NCBI GenBank assembly: GCA_036172245.1
Contig: JAYWIR010000028.1
Span: forward strand, 682,001 to 746,000
Length of the DNA: 64,000 nt
Source of the DNA: Raillietiella orientalis
Lineage: Eukaryota
Direction of reading: 5' to 3'
The position numbers were made by a program, and so were the translations under genes. Shown in pieces: positions 1 to 11,417 of this stretch. The notes beneath the pieces are model-generated. The model ran no database searches, was not told the origin of the DNA, and saw nothing but the letters and a program-made list of their open reading frames with translations. Position 1 is the stretch's first letter. Each line of letters starts with the position of its first letter.

Positions 1-54
1 TCTTTTCCACGAACTGCCTCTTCTCCGGCTCTGCGCTCGGAACTCACGGACGAG

Positions 55-170
55 TCTTTTCGGGCACACAAACTTCATGTAGTTCTTTGGACCGCAGCGA
101 TGACAAGTAATTTCCGGACATTTTGTCGTTAGGTTTTATTGCGATGGCTGCTGCATAATCTTGGTTTCCT
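55..170 (-). mobile_element. Degenerate gag/ORF1-like CCHC zinc-knuckle remnant of a retroelement
   Basis: Minus strand reads KCPEITCHRCGPKNYMKFVCPK, which is CX2CX4[H>Y]X4C spacing with a preceding CP that may end an earlier knuckle. An in-frame stop lies just upstream. Confidence 0.45.
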
Positions 171-929
171 GGGGAACCGTAGATCAGAGTGAAGTCCTCC
201 GATTTCCATCCGGCAGGGAAGCTGCTTCCCTTCGTGCGCGGTCAGACTTGCAGCTTGCAGCCTAGCCGCTAGACAGTCCCTCATATCCGGGAAACTGGCC
301 TGACCTAGTACGCGTGGACCCTCGCATATCCTTTGAGGTGACGGAGGACCTCACGCACGTCCATCTGCAGCCGTAAACCTCGTAGGTGGACCACTACTAA
401 ATGATCCGCCGTTTTAGGGTAGAGCTTCTTGCCTTCGATGGTTATGGAGGTGTTCAGCAGTCTCTGAGCGAGAGCTGCCTCTTTGCAGGTCCTCTCACCA
501 CAGGGAGTCCTTCGACGTCTCTTTTTTCGACGTTCGAGTTGCGCAACCCCTCCGCAAAAAGGGTGACCGGCGCGTTCGCAACGGACCTAATCGGCCCACC
601 TTGTAGAGCAGGACAGACCGGTGGTTTTAAGCCTCAAAGGTCTCCGTTTCTGCCTGGGCAACGGCCGCGACAGCCGAGACCACTTGGTTCTACGTCCTTC
701 TATTCGCAGGACTTCCTCCATCCTCGGAAACGATAGCTTCCTTCTCCATCGGGGTTGGTGGTGAAGTCTTCGCGTCACCTCCTTCCTCCATAGCGGCAGT
801 ATGGCATTTCTGTCATTACGCCACCACATCCACAACCACCACGCAAATTTGGCAAAAACGCTTTACTTGTTGAAATTCTCGGAGGGTCACGAAGAGCGTC
901 GGTCCTTTACGGGTGCTCGAACGCCTAAC

Positions 930-1290
930 GTTTGGTACCGCGCGCAGAGACCGCAGCCACAGCCTCCAACATGTGCCAGAGCGTTCTCTTCGGGCGTCTG
1001 TGCTGTAGGGAGGGGCGCCACATGCCTCCGATGAAAAAAACCTACCTTGGTCAAGGGAAAGCCACGATGAGCGCCAGGGGCTGCTATGGCATATCGAGCT
1101 GCCTCGCCAGCAGCGATCTCCCGAGGTTGGCGGACTTGCTGTCCGTTCGTGCCATTTGTCTTTCCCCCATGCGCGGTGAGACAGGAAGGAAGGGCAAAAA
1201 ACACCTTGCGGGTGCTGTCAGAGATGGGAAGAGACTCTGCCACATGTTTTAAAACATCTCACATAGCGTTCTCGCCTCTGTTCCGGAAGA
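930..1290 (+). mobile_element. Decayed RLE-type non-LTR retrotransposon fragment (NeSL/Utopia-like), QGK motif to zinc finger
   Basis: GQGKA motif (gtcaagggaaagcc at ~1050, shared with the copy at ~6440). After a frameshift, CGCCQRWEETLPHVLKH at 1207-1257 matches the CxxC..ETLxHV zinc finger. Confidence 0.55.
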
Positions 1291-1719
1291 TACGACACCT
1301 TGGTTGACACCTGGTTGTGTCGGGGTGTTTATTTACATAAAAAACAAACATACAAGTCAGTAGCAGGACTCTTGGTCTTGCCACGTTACAAATGTAACCA
1401 TGGAAACCTGCCGAGAATTGGCGCGCAAGCCCGCGAGGTTCGCTACGGCAGCAGAGGGAGAGGGGAAACAAGCAAAAAGGAAATAAAACAAAAAAAATAC
1501 GTACCCCCAAATCGGGAGGGTTCAGGGAGGGATCACCTGGTGCTGGAGCGCGTCCTCTGCATCCTGTGCAGAATGCCGGCAAGTTCCTGTTTCGAGGCTC
1601 CCAGATGGGACAATATTGGAGCTGTTCTCATGGAGAGGACAGCAAAATAGGTGGCATCCCTGCCGTTCTGGCCTCCTCTTGCGTTGCTCCGTGCAGCTGC
1701 GATGCCGCATAGTGTTGCT

Positions 1720-2050
1720 AGGAATGTGGCCTGCTGGCGTGAGGGCATCGTGAAGGAAGAGACGCTTCAGAAGGTCTCTGGGGTTGCCGCCGGGGGTTCG
1801 AAGGATGGAGGCAAGGCGTCCCCAAAGAGGCTGGAGGGCAACACGATACCATAGTGGACAGCACTGAGAAGCAACCGCCTGATATTACGGAGTTCCTGAT
1901 GGAGAGCGAGCCTCTCGAGGCTGGAAATACTAGCACTTCCGGACTTGGTGCTCAAGAGGGATAACTAGGCGGGCGTCATGGTGAGTTGTCCGGCTACAAT
2001 TTCATAATCAGAGAAGCGGCATCCTCAAAGTCATGGGGAAAGGATGAAGA
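1720..2050 (+). mobile_element. Decayed RLE endonuclease fragment of a non-LTR retrotransposon
   Basis: EETLQKV (ETLxHV-like), QHDTIV (RHxxI-like) and LPDLVLKRDN*AGVMVSCP (PDLV...xCP) occur in the expected order, with stops and frameshifts. Confidence 0.45.
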
Positions 2051-5000
2051 AAATCATCGGGTGGCACTCTCCACTACTGATCTCTAGAAATCCAGGCCTA
2101 TGTCCGAGTCTCTGGTAGTTGGCTTCTCACGAAGAGAACCCTCAAAATAACCTCTTCTTGATTCCGACTGAGGTAATTCTCTGAAAGTAATTCCTGTGTC
2201 AACAGGGTCTAATCCCAATGCCTGGCCCAGTCAATGGGGAATCCAGCCACAGACGCGAGCAGGCGTCCCGCCAGCGCACACTCAAAGCCTGGAGCCATCT
2301 CAGCGCCATCATGCGGGGGGATTTGAAATTCGCAACGCACTCAGGATCGTCATCGATCCCCTTCAGGAGATTTAAATCCTGGATGCTCGGCTCACGGAAA
2401 TTGTGGTCACACACGCGGCCTCCAACGCGGACCTGGTTGTTGTTGGTTCGCCGGGATCGTGGGATTTCCAACAGTGGCAACACAGGGATGTTTTGAGACC
2501 TCCAGGACTCTCGTGGACTTGATGTGAGGATTCAGTCGCATTTCCTCCGCCCTGTGGGAACGCTTCCGGTAGGCACCAGCTCCCCTTGGATTCCCGCGGA
2601 TGTAAACCGGGGAGCAAGGGGCGCGGTCAGTAGCTGCTACAAGATGATTATTAACAGGATTGCAAAAGCTGGAAAGGCGACCAAGAGTTCCTCCCATCTT
2701 TCTGTTTTTTATATTTCACATGCACCCTACGCCTCTTTAAATCGTCCTCGCAACTGCTTTGCAAGACTCAACTTTCTGATGGACATCAGGATGCTGGAGA
2801 AGCCACGGCACTCCTTCGAAGCGCTGAATAAACTCCAGTGTCTCCTAATGCGGATAATTCGGGTGGGAAAATTTCGTCAGCTGCTTCCTTAATACCCTGG
2901 AAAACCAGCACAATGAATTCGTGCCAAGATGTTCCCAAGGTAATCCCGATGTCTCTGATCTCCATTTTATTTTTCGCTCACGAGAGAAAAAAAAAAAGCA
3001 TCCGGAGAGCAGAGGATGCCCAGGAAAACCGAATGGAAGCGTCTGCCCGACCTTTCGATCGCCGGAGCTCCTGGCGAGTGGGTTTTCTGACTCTCGCGTC
3101 CTTCGTGAGAAGATCAGGAGCGCATCAGATGGCGAGCAGCATTAGTAAGCAAGTCAGCTAGCTGCCTCCGGGGGTGCTTCTAACGAAGTTTGCCCTATTC
3201 GTGAATCGGGAAGCGAGGAGGAAACCGCAACTGATCTCAAGTGCTACATTGGTTTGGCACACCTCGCTTCACATAGGGAGGGTTTGTTTTGTTTTGGCAC
3301 CGCATCACGCTGGTGGGGTTTATTTATTAAAAAAATAGTAATAAATAAACAGTGGGAACAGAGTTCCCACAGGGAACAAACAGAAGTTTGTCTGGAAGCG
3401 AACACTGACTTTCGGCTCGGCCACGAACACTGACTTTCGGGAGGTCAAGAGTGGAAGGGAATGGGCAAGAAATAAATATAAAAAAATAAATAAATGGGAA
3501 AAAAGGAACAAGGAGCTTTGATTGGTGACGTTCCTCCTCTTCTGCAGTCTCTGCAACATTCAGGTGAGCTCCTAGGCGAGTTCTTGCAGGTAGGGTCACC
3601 TTGCTACGGTCCTCATGGCTGCGACTGCTATACGGCTGACTTCCCGTCATTGCGAGCGATTGCGCTGGAGCATTGCTCTCAGCGACAGGAATTCATCTGT
3701 TGCGCTGGGGTTCCAGTCGCAGTCTCCCGAATCTGTTTTCTGTCAGCAACAGAAACGCATATAATCCCATAGATGTTTCTCCTTTAGTTGAAACAGGTCT
3801 GAACTTTGTCGTGATGCTGCTGCTGTTGCCGTGCACTCGTCTGCTCCTACATTCACCGACATCATTTCGGGAAAACAATCGTTTAGGAAATTCGTGGAAA
3901 AAAAGTGATGATCTTAGAGATTGCTATCAGCATCTTCGTGACTTTCACGCCTGACATAGCCAAGCGTTCCAGCTCTTTCGGTTTCTCGAGGGAGTGAATC
4001 TTCCGAGGTGAATTCGAAAATCCAGGAATAGAATCCAAACAACATGAAGAAGCCGAGATCTGCCCCTTGTCCAGTGTCTTTCAGGTGCTTTTCCATGTTG
4101 GTTCTCATTTGTTTCAGATCGGTTCTGGGTCTTAGCAGTCATCTGAAGTTAATTCTCACTCCATCCTTATCTCCATTCTTCTATCCAACGTTCGAGCCCC
4201 CTGGCCACATGATGCGTCGCAGAAGCACCAGGGTAGGAAGGGAAACGTGGATCTGTCTCACTTCACGTCCATCTGGTCCCCAATGCTGCTCTGCTCTGAA
4301 GGGAGAGTTCCATCCCACTCTTCTGAGTTCTAGAATTGCGGATCCTCAGAGTTAAAAAGGTTCGGAAAGTGGACGAATCATGGAAAGCATGAAATCATAA
4401 GACCGAGCGCGCTTGGATTGGCGCCAAGGGCTTTGAATTCTAAACGGAACCGATCTATAAACTCATTGCGCCTTGCAGCCTGAAACTGTGGTCCAGCTTC
4501 CTCATCCAGCTTGGCTGCAGGAGATTCTGAGCATTCGAATTTTCGGCAAATACCGGACTCTCAAATATGGAGCTTTCAACTTACACCTGGAGCTTCATCT
4601 AGGTCAGGCAGTTCCACGAACCACGGTTCCTCTTCCAAAACTTTTAAGAAAGCCGCAGATGAATGCTTTTCGAGTTTTCTTTTAGATGTTGAAGCTGAGA
4701 AAGAAAGAAAAATGATTTTTTCCCTCACGTTTTTTCCCCACCACTGTATGCCTTCAGCAAGTTTGCTATCCTACCCTTCCCTCCCCCACCTACAGGGAGG
4801 CGGGTGGCACCTCACACTTCCGTGTGCCCTTCCTCCTTTTTTTTCTCCAAGAAAGGTGTAGAGGTGCATTTTGCCTCTCCGTTGTCACTAAAGTTGGGAT
4901 GTCGTGCTCCATGGAAACATGTCCTCTGAGGTGCTTCCATCGTCCCATTTGAAACCAGCAGGGTTTAGCAAAGCCTATAACTTAGTCCGTTGCCTAGCTT

Positions 5001-5619
5001 CATCTCCAATTGCCGTGTTGCACATAAAGTTCTGCAGGAGAACATCTCTCCTCCTGACCATCAGCATCCTTTAGAAATTATTATTGAGATGCTTTTCAAG
5101 GTGGAAACACTTTGCAGACACAGAAGAGAGATAACGAAATTACCTGACCCACCGCCGAATAGGTGGGTGCTCGCTGCCTCTCCATTCAGTCCCGTAGCCA
5201 CTCTTCTTGCGAAGAAGGAGGCGAGGAGGAAGATGTTTGTTGGAATCACTACGTCGGCATCGGGACCTAAATGCTTTTTAATTTCTCAAAACAAGCATAG
5301 CCGTACATTCTAGAACACTCTTCATGCTGCAAATTTTGATTTGCGAACACGTTCCTCCGTGGATGCTGTCCCGCTTCGTGATATTTCTAGGATGCATCAG
5401 CACGTTTCATTTTCATCATTTATTTTATTTTATTAGAGAAAAGAGCATAGATATGCAAATGTGAAAGTCAAGATCAAGTGATTACATACTGAGCAATGAA
5501 TCGCTCCAGTTAAGTACATCAAATTGGCCTGGTCGTTCAACCTTGGTCGTTTAATTCTGCCTATCCGAGCATCGCCCACAAGAGATGACACTGATCGCTT
5601 ATGCAGATGGTGCAGAGTG

Positions 5620-7050
5620 CTGGAATAACCATCAGATGACATTCTTAACAGATTCGCCGACAACCAAGCCGTGATCGCCAAGAGCTGATGGCTACCTCAA
5701 AGCCCGGAGATCAGAGGCTTCCATATAAAGATGTTCCGGGAAGAAACGTGGAGCTAAAGTTGCATCTCCGGGACGGAAGACAAGCGCTCATATTGGATGC
5801 CGACTCAGCAGAGGGTCTAAAAGGAGCAAGGAAGGAAGCAACATCTACACTTCGCCTATACGGGAGTGCACGCAACGGTGGAAGCGGTTGTTCCCGGATC
5901 CTTTGGGATTTCCAGATCAGCGCAGTGAAGAATGTACCGGAAGTCTCCAAGGGACAGACGGAGCACGTCAGAGTGGAAAGAGTGCGCCCAAACGTCCATC
6001 TGGATCATACGCGCTCCAGTTCAGGGGGACATGGAGCTCCATCTTGGGAAACCAGCCGCAGCAGAGGAAAAGAATGTCCTGCATCGTCCAGCATCGCGCT
6101 TCCAGCCACTATTCCTTTCTGTGACGGGGATTCTGTGCGTTTCTCGGGTTACCACTTCGCGCATGTGGCACGAGTCTTTGAGAGTCTTCCTACTTCATTC
6201 TTTCTGGATACACGTAAGAACCGTTGAGACAGCATCTGCCCCCATCCCAAGAAGCCCTCCGTTCCTACTCACCTCCCGAGTGCACACCTGATATGAATCT
6301 TCGCTCTCCAAGTTCTTCATCTCTTGTTGCACTTCTCCTGTGTGCATTTCTTCTCGAAGAAGTACCTCTAAGATTATTCTTGGCGTGAGAACACTGCAGA
6401 GGGAGCACGCATGGCAATCCCTTATCCAAAAACACATTAGTCAAGGGAAAGCCGTGCAGTGCGTGGACATGCAGCACACCTCAAGTTTTTTTCACTCAAC
6501 GGAAACCACCTGAGATCCCGGGACTGCAATTTCATTCAGGCGGCAGGACGAAACGTTCGACCACTAGTCAACGCTAAGCCAGGAACCAAACCGGAAGAAC
6601 TCATATGTCGGCGCTGCTGAACAGAAGACGAAACCTTGTCCCACATGCTGAACAGATGCAGGAAACACTTTCCTCTGTCCATGGCACGCCACAGCGCAAT
6701 TCAAGAGATGATCAGAAAGATCGCGGTGGATGGAGCGAAATGGACCCTCGTGTCGAGCAACTGGAGAGTTCCAAGAACAAATTCCCTCCTAAAACCGGAT
6801 CTAGTAATGGAGAAAGAAAACCGAGTATGCGTGCCAGACGACAGCTGCCCATAAGGAAAGGGAAGAGAGGCGTTCAGCATAGTCAGAAGAAGCGAAGAAG
6901 GGAGATACGAGGATGTAAAGTCCCAAAGAAGAAACTGGGAGTCCCAAAGAAGAAACTGGTGGAACTGAGGCACCGGATGCTGGCTTCGTGTGTCCGGCAC
7001 TCAAGTGATATCTATGCAGCCCACGTCACACGGAAAGACAATTAGCCGGA
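5620..7050 (+). mobile_element. Decayed NeSL/Utopia-like RLE non-LTR retrotransposon (RT core to C-terminus)
   Basis: Ordered motifs across frameshifts: FADNQAVIAKS (~5653; YADD-like), LYGSARNGGSG (thumb), SQGKAV, CRRC*TEDETLSHMLNRC (6606-6659), ARHSAIQ, LKPDLV..V..DDSCP, and C-terminal LRHRMLASCVRHSSDIYAAHVT. Confidence 0.8.
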
Positions 7051-7479
7051 GAGCCAATCTGCTCTCACCATACGGAAGCCAGGAAACGGAGGAAGCTCCA
7101 TGAAAAGGGGCGGCGACGAGCGGCCCAAGCGGACAGTGGAGGAACTGCAAAAGAATGTTCAGAGTCGCCCCTGTAACCAGTCATGTTACTGAACACATAA
7201 TAAGCAATAAAGTAGTTCTTCTGAGAATATTATTAATGGGTCACCCTGATAATCACTCTTCTGCCCCATTTCTAGAATATGAGTAGCTCCAGGAGTAGAT
7301 TCGAAGCTGGAGCTGGACCTACTACTCCGAAGTGAAGGAAAGGTGATCATACGGGGGAAGAGGAGACATTTGTCCCTCTGAGTATTCGAAAAGAAGACGA
7401 TGGAACAAAAAAGAGGCAGGGCAGAAGAAGAAGAGTAACCACAGAGCACTATCTTCTCAGTTAGCCTCCAAAGGAGTGC

Positions 7480-8200
7480 CTCAACACGCAGAGAGCATTC
7501 CGCTTGGGGTTTCTGGTCCCTGGGAATTCGGAGAACGGCGAAGTACTCGGAGAACTAAAGGTTCCAAGGAGACAGGCATCGCAGTGTTCCAAGATAAAAA
7601 ATGGTGAGCTCGAGCACTCAGTACTCCCGAGATGTGTACTGATCGGCTCATTCTCATTCTTGCAAGAGACACGCCCACGCAACAGGCTTGCCAAGCACTT
7701 GTGGAAAGATCCCGATGCGCGTTCGAGAAAGAATCTCTCCGAAAAGTCTTCACCTGCTGCACCTACAGCGCCTGCGCAAAACGAAGCTGCGAGGAGCTGA
7801 TCGACGACAGCAAGAAGATGATGGTAAACCGATGGCAGCTGCTCGCTCGCAATTGGCCCACCTCCAGAATGTACTTTAGCCTCCAACCGGGCCTGGACTT
7901 CAAAGGTAAGGTCGAGTAATCCTGCTCGATGCAAACTGCCTCTACGAGAACCAGCCAATGGCTTTGAAAGATGCCAATAGAAGGGATGAAAGAAAGATCT
8001 CCTGGATGGGCTTGCAATTCGCCACCAGAAGAGCATCCGCATTGGTAAATGTCCTTCGCGGTGGGATCCCTTGGCACGTGGGTCCCGGCCAATGATGGGG
8101 ACCTAAAGAGACCAAAAATCCCACAGAAGCGAGCCGAACACCTGAGGGAGGAAATGGTCTCCTGCCTGATCTTCTGGAGTCAACACATGGATCTCCATCA
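7480..8200 (+). mobile_element. Second, more diverged RLE non-LTR retrotransposon 3' fragment
   Basis: LQPGL (PDL-like), RVILLDANCLYENQPMALKDA (IDVxCPFEN-like), FAVGSLGTWVPAND (8055-8096) and LREEMVSCLIFWSQ, as in NeSL/Utopia C-termini. The 5' limit is approximate. Confidence 0.7.
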
Positions 8201-9950
8201 GTGACCAAAGACATGATACCCGGCAAGATGATATCGTAGGAGCTGTCCGGGAGAGTTCGAAAACCATCAGGCTTCCCCCTTGCAGCGTGCAAAATCCTTA
8301 TTAGGAGTTTTTGAGTATTCCTCATGAGACTGCTGAAAAAGCAATGCACATCGGAATCATCGAGAAGCTTCGAAATCACAGAATGTGTTCAATAGAAGAG
8401 AATGGAAAAGGAGAGAGCGGGCAGAGAAGACGGTGGACGTCGACTCTCCTGTTCATTTGTCCCCTTTATCAGGATGGATGTGTTCGATAAGAAGTGAACT
8501 GACTCTCAACATAGCGTGGCTCAAAACCGGACTAAAGCACTTTAGAAGTTTCTTGTTCCCCTTTCTCATCTTAATCCTTGCACCCCACTTTTCGGAGCGA
8601 TTGGGGCTTCACGGGGAAGGTCGGGAAGTGCTCACCATGCACCAGGCTAACTGATTAGAAAATTGGCCTGCAAACACAAAGGTTGGAATTCTCTTCAAAC
8701 TGAATCGATGGTTTCTTCGAGAGACCACAAACGAATTTTCAAGCGCTAAACAAGTAACAGTTCTTCATCATGGGAATTGCTTCCTTCCAGAATTTTGGAA
8801 GGTCTCTCAGATTTCATGCAATGAAATGAAAAGCGAAACTTAAGAAAACTGTAATGTCGGCCACAATTGAAGCACGCCCAAAATTATTGAGGCATTTTTT
8901 CCTCTTTCATCCCAATGAGGAGAATGACGCCGTCTCCAGAGCAGGGTCGATGGCCACATGAAAAGTGCAGGTGAGGTTTTCAAACAGGGGATTAAAAGAG
9001 GACACTGTTCCTCCCATCGGGAAGAGAGACTCCATTTTTGGACTCATGAACCCATCCAAGGGATGCAGTCAGGTCACCGTTTTAAGGGGATCTGGTTTTG
9101 CTGCTGGCGTCTCCCGGAGTCCAGCTATTCAAAACAGCGTGTCCAGGTTTTGCAAGGAATTTTGCTTTTTTTCGTTTCGGGAGAACCAGAAAATGAACTC
9201 ATCAAACGAAACGGATCCACTTTTATCCAAGTCCATTTCCTGGAATACAAAAGAGGTCATTACTTTTCATGGCCAGGGAAAATTGACCGTCACTTCGCTG
9301 GTGGCCAGCCTGCTTCCTCGAGTGGGCGTCCCAACTCGATGAGAAAACGACCAATGGCTCATTGCTTGCGTCGACGCTTTGGTTCATTTGAGTCGAGCAC
9401 TTCTTGTCTGTGGGAACCTCAGATCCAGGATTCGGTTTTCGCTGAGGACTTTTTTCCTAGTGAACGATCTAAAAGGAGGGAAAAATGGGTTCCTTCTTCT
9501 TTGGGGAAAAGCTTCAAGAGAGCTTTGAACTGCTTGTCTTTCACTTCGTGAAGTGTTTCACTTCCTCCTCTGCATCTCTTGCAGTACCGCGAGAAATTCG
9601 GGAGTTTGGTCACTTCGAAATTCGCCGTCGAGGAATCTGATGTTTCAGGGAATCTTTGAAAACGCACTATGCGTAGCCCAAAGGGCAAAAGGTTCGGTTT
9701 TGTGGGTGACGCCGGAGGTTCTCTGCAGCGGCATTTCCAGAAGCCACCGCGCACGCGGGAGTTTCAGATGTCGAATTTTCACGGTCGAGAAAAGGTGGCA
9801 GTGAAGTGCAATGGCAAAAGTCGAGGTAGCGTCCAGTGGTTAACGAGGCTCATTGCAGATCGCCAGCCACCTTTGAAAAGGCACCCCTTTTCAAATTCCA
9901 ATCCTTGCGATGGACAGTGTCCCAATTTACCAAACAACCTGCAGAGTTTT

Positions 9951-10221
9951 TCACGACCAGACGTTCAAATGATTCCGAGCAGCGATTTCCGAAGGAGCAG
10001 ACACGCTGTTGATTTCATCGTCGTCAGATTTCCCGCATCCGTACCTCTTGTGGAAAGATACTTTCATTCGATTTCCTGAATGCATTCTAATAACGAAAAT
10101 CACAGATAAGCGTTGGTACTCCACTTGACCATCCCCGTAGCCAAGTATACTGCTTTCTCGTGTGTGGTCAACGAGCTCTTCGTAATCCAGTTTGCAAAAC
10201 TCGATCCATGTCAAAGAACCT
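9951..10221 (-). CDS. Candidate terminal exon of the KChIP-like gene (uncertain)
   Basis: Strong polypyrimidine acceptor (tctcttctcctgtttccttctttttttttgtag) ends at 10222. The phase-2 frame gives GSLTWIEFCKL, resembling the second half of an EF loop. The phase does not match the phase-0 donor at 11207 without an extra micro-exon. Confidence 0.25.
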
Positions 10222-11207
10222 CTACAAAAAAAAAGAAGGAAACAGGAGAAGAGATGCTGATTGTGGTTCCCAAAGGTCTCATAATCTCATTCTCAATCTC
10301 GTACAGCTTTCGTAATCATTTTTTCTGCGTGCAGCACTGCATGATTCCATTACTGAAAATCAGTTTTCCCAGGTGTGGTCATGGCTGCCAAGTATTCTTG
10401 TTTCCTTGGAAAAATATGGATGCGCCAATTTCATATCCAACCCCATTTTTCGAATATGTCATCTTCCCATCCTTGAAAAGTGCATGCAAAAGTGCGCTGA
10501 TTTTGTAGAACAGCATGCGGTGCAATGCGTGTCACTAATTTCATGCTTAATGAAGGTTTCAACGGAGGGCCGAATCGCACGTTCTCATCATTTGCTGCTG
10601 GCACTTCCGTGTTGAGAATGTGCAGATTCGTATTAAGGAAACATATTTCAAAGATTAAGTGGAGTTTCTTTTCTTCTGAGGGTAAGCCAGGTGGATGGTG
10701 GTCCTATAGGTTGATGCCGCTGATCTTCAGATAATGGCCCTTCCGCTTGTACTAAAGCTGTTCCCAGCTTACTGTTTACACTTTTCTACATCCTTTGGCC
10801 AGGGATCACTGAGTTTCACAAAAATTCCTCCTGTCGAGCGATGATCAATAGGTTTAGGTCATTCGGTCGAGGATTCGTCCGTCTTGCATGACCTGACCTA
10901 TCTGCCGCCATTTGAAGATACATTTCGAGGCTGCATTAACATAGCCAACAAAAGCAAGTGTCTGTGAAAGCAAATAAATTTTTGAAGGAGCCTTATTACT
11001 ATCGAGCACTATTAATATCAACATAATTTCCACTGCAACATGGGGGGGGGGGGGAAACGATCTCCATAGTTGAAGCAGAAGGGAGCTTTCAGAACTCGAG
11101 AAAATAACGGCTTGCGAGCATTTGCGACCGTACGCACTTTTGCAGAGCCCATTTCAAGCAATCTATCTAGAAGATGGAAAGTGGACCTTAGATGGACCTC
11201 CGCTCAC

Positions 11208-11417
11208 CGTTATTAATTTGTCCACATATTGTCGGATGTCGGTCTTGTTGAACAACCTGGAGTTTTTCGTCGTGAGCTCCTGGACGGCCAAAACAACAGT
11301 AGCTATTTCACTCTTGGATAAGAATCCATCTTCGTCCAAGTCGTAGAGGCGGAATATCCAGGTCAGCTTCTCTTCTTCGGACCCCCTGGACAACCTCGAC
11401 ACGGCTTTGAGGAATTC
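11208..11417 (-). CDS. KCNIP: KChIP/NCS-family EF-hand protein, exon with EF3 (EFLKAVSRLSRGSEEEKLTWIFRLYDLDEDGFLSKSE...YVDKLIT)
   Basis: 210 bp, phase 0/0. Acceptor cccttag|GAA, donor ACG|gtgagc. Contains the NCS signature RGxxEEKLxWxFxLYDxDxDGxxxxxE. Confidence 0.9.

Noticed and set aside
3399..3440. Short direct repeats (cgaacactgactttcgg twice; similar small duplications at ~11749-11777 and ~28570-28591)
   Set aside because: Ordinary slippage-type micro-duplications with no evidence of function.
3548..3563. Plus-strand 16-nt micro-exon-like signal (ttctgcag|TCTCTGCAACATTCAG|gtgagc)
   Set aside because: No partner exons or recognisable plus-strand gene; such signals occur by chance.
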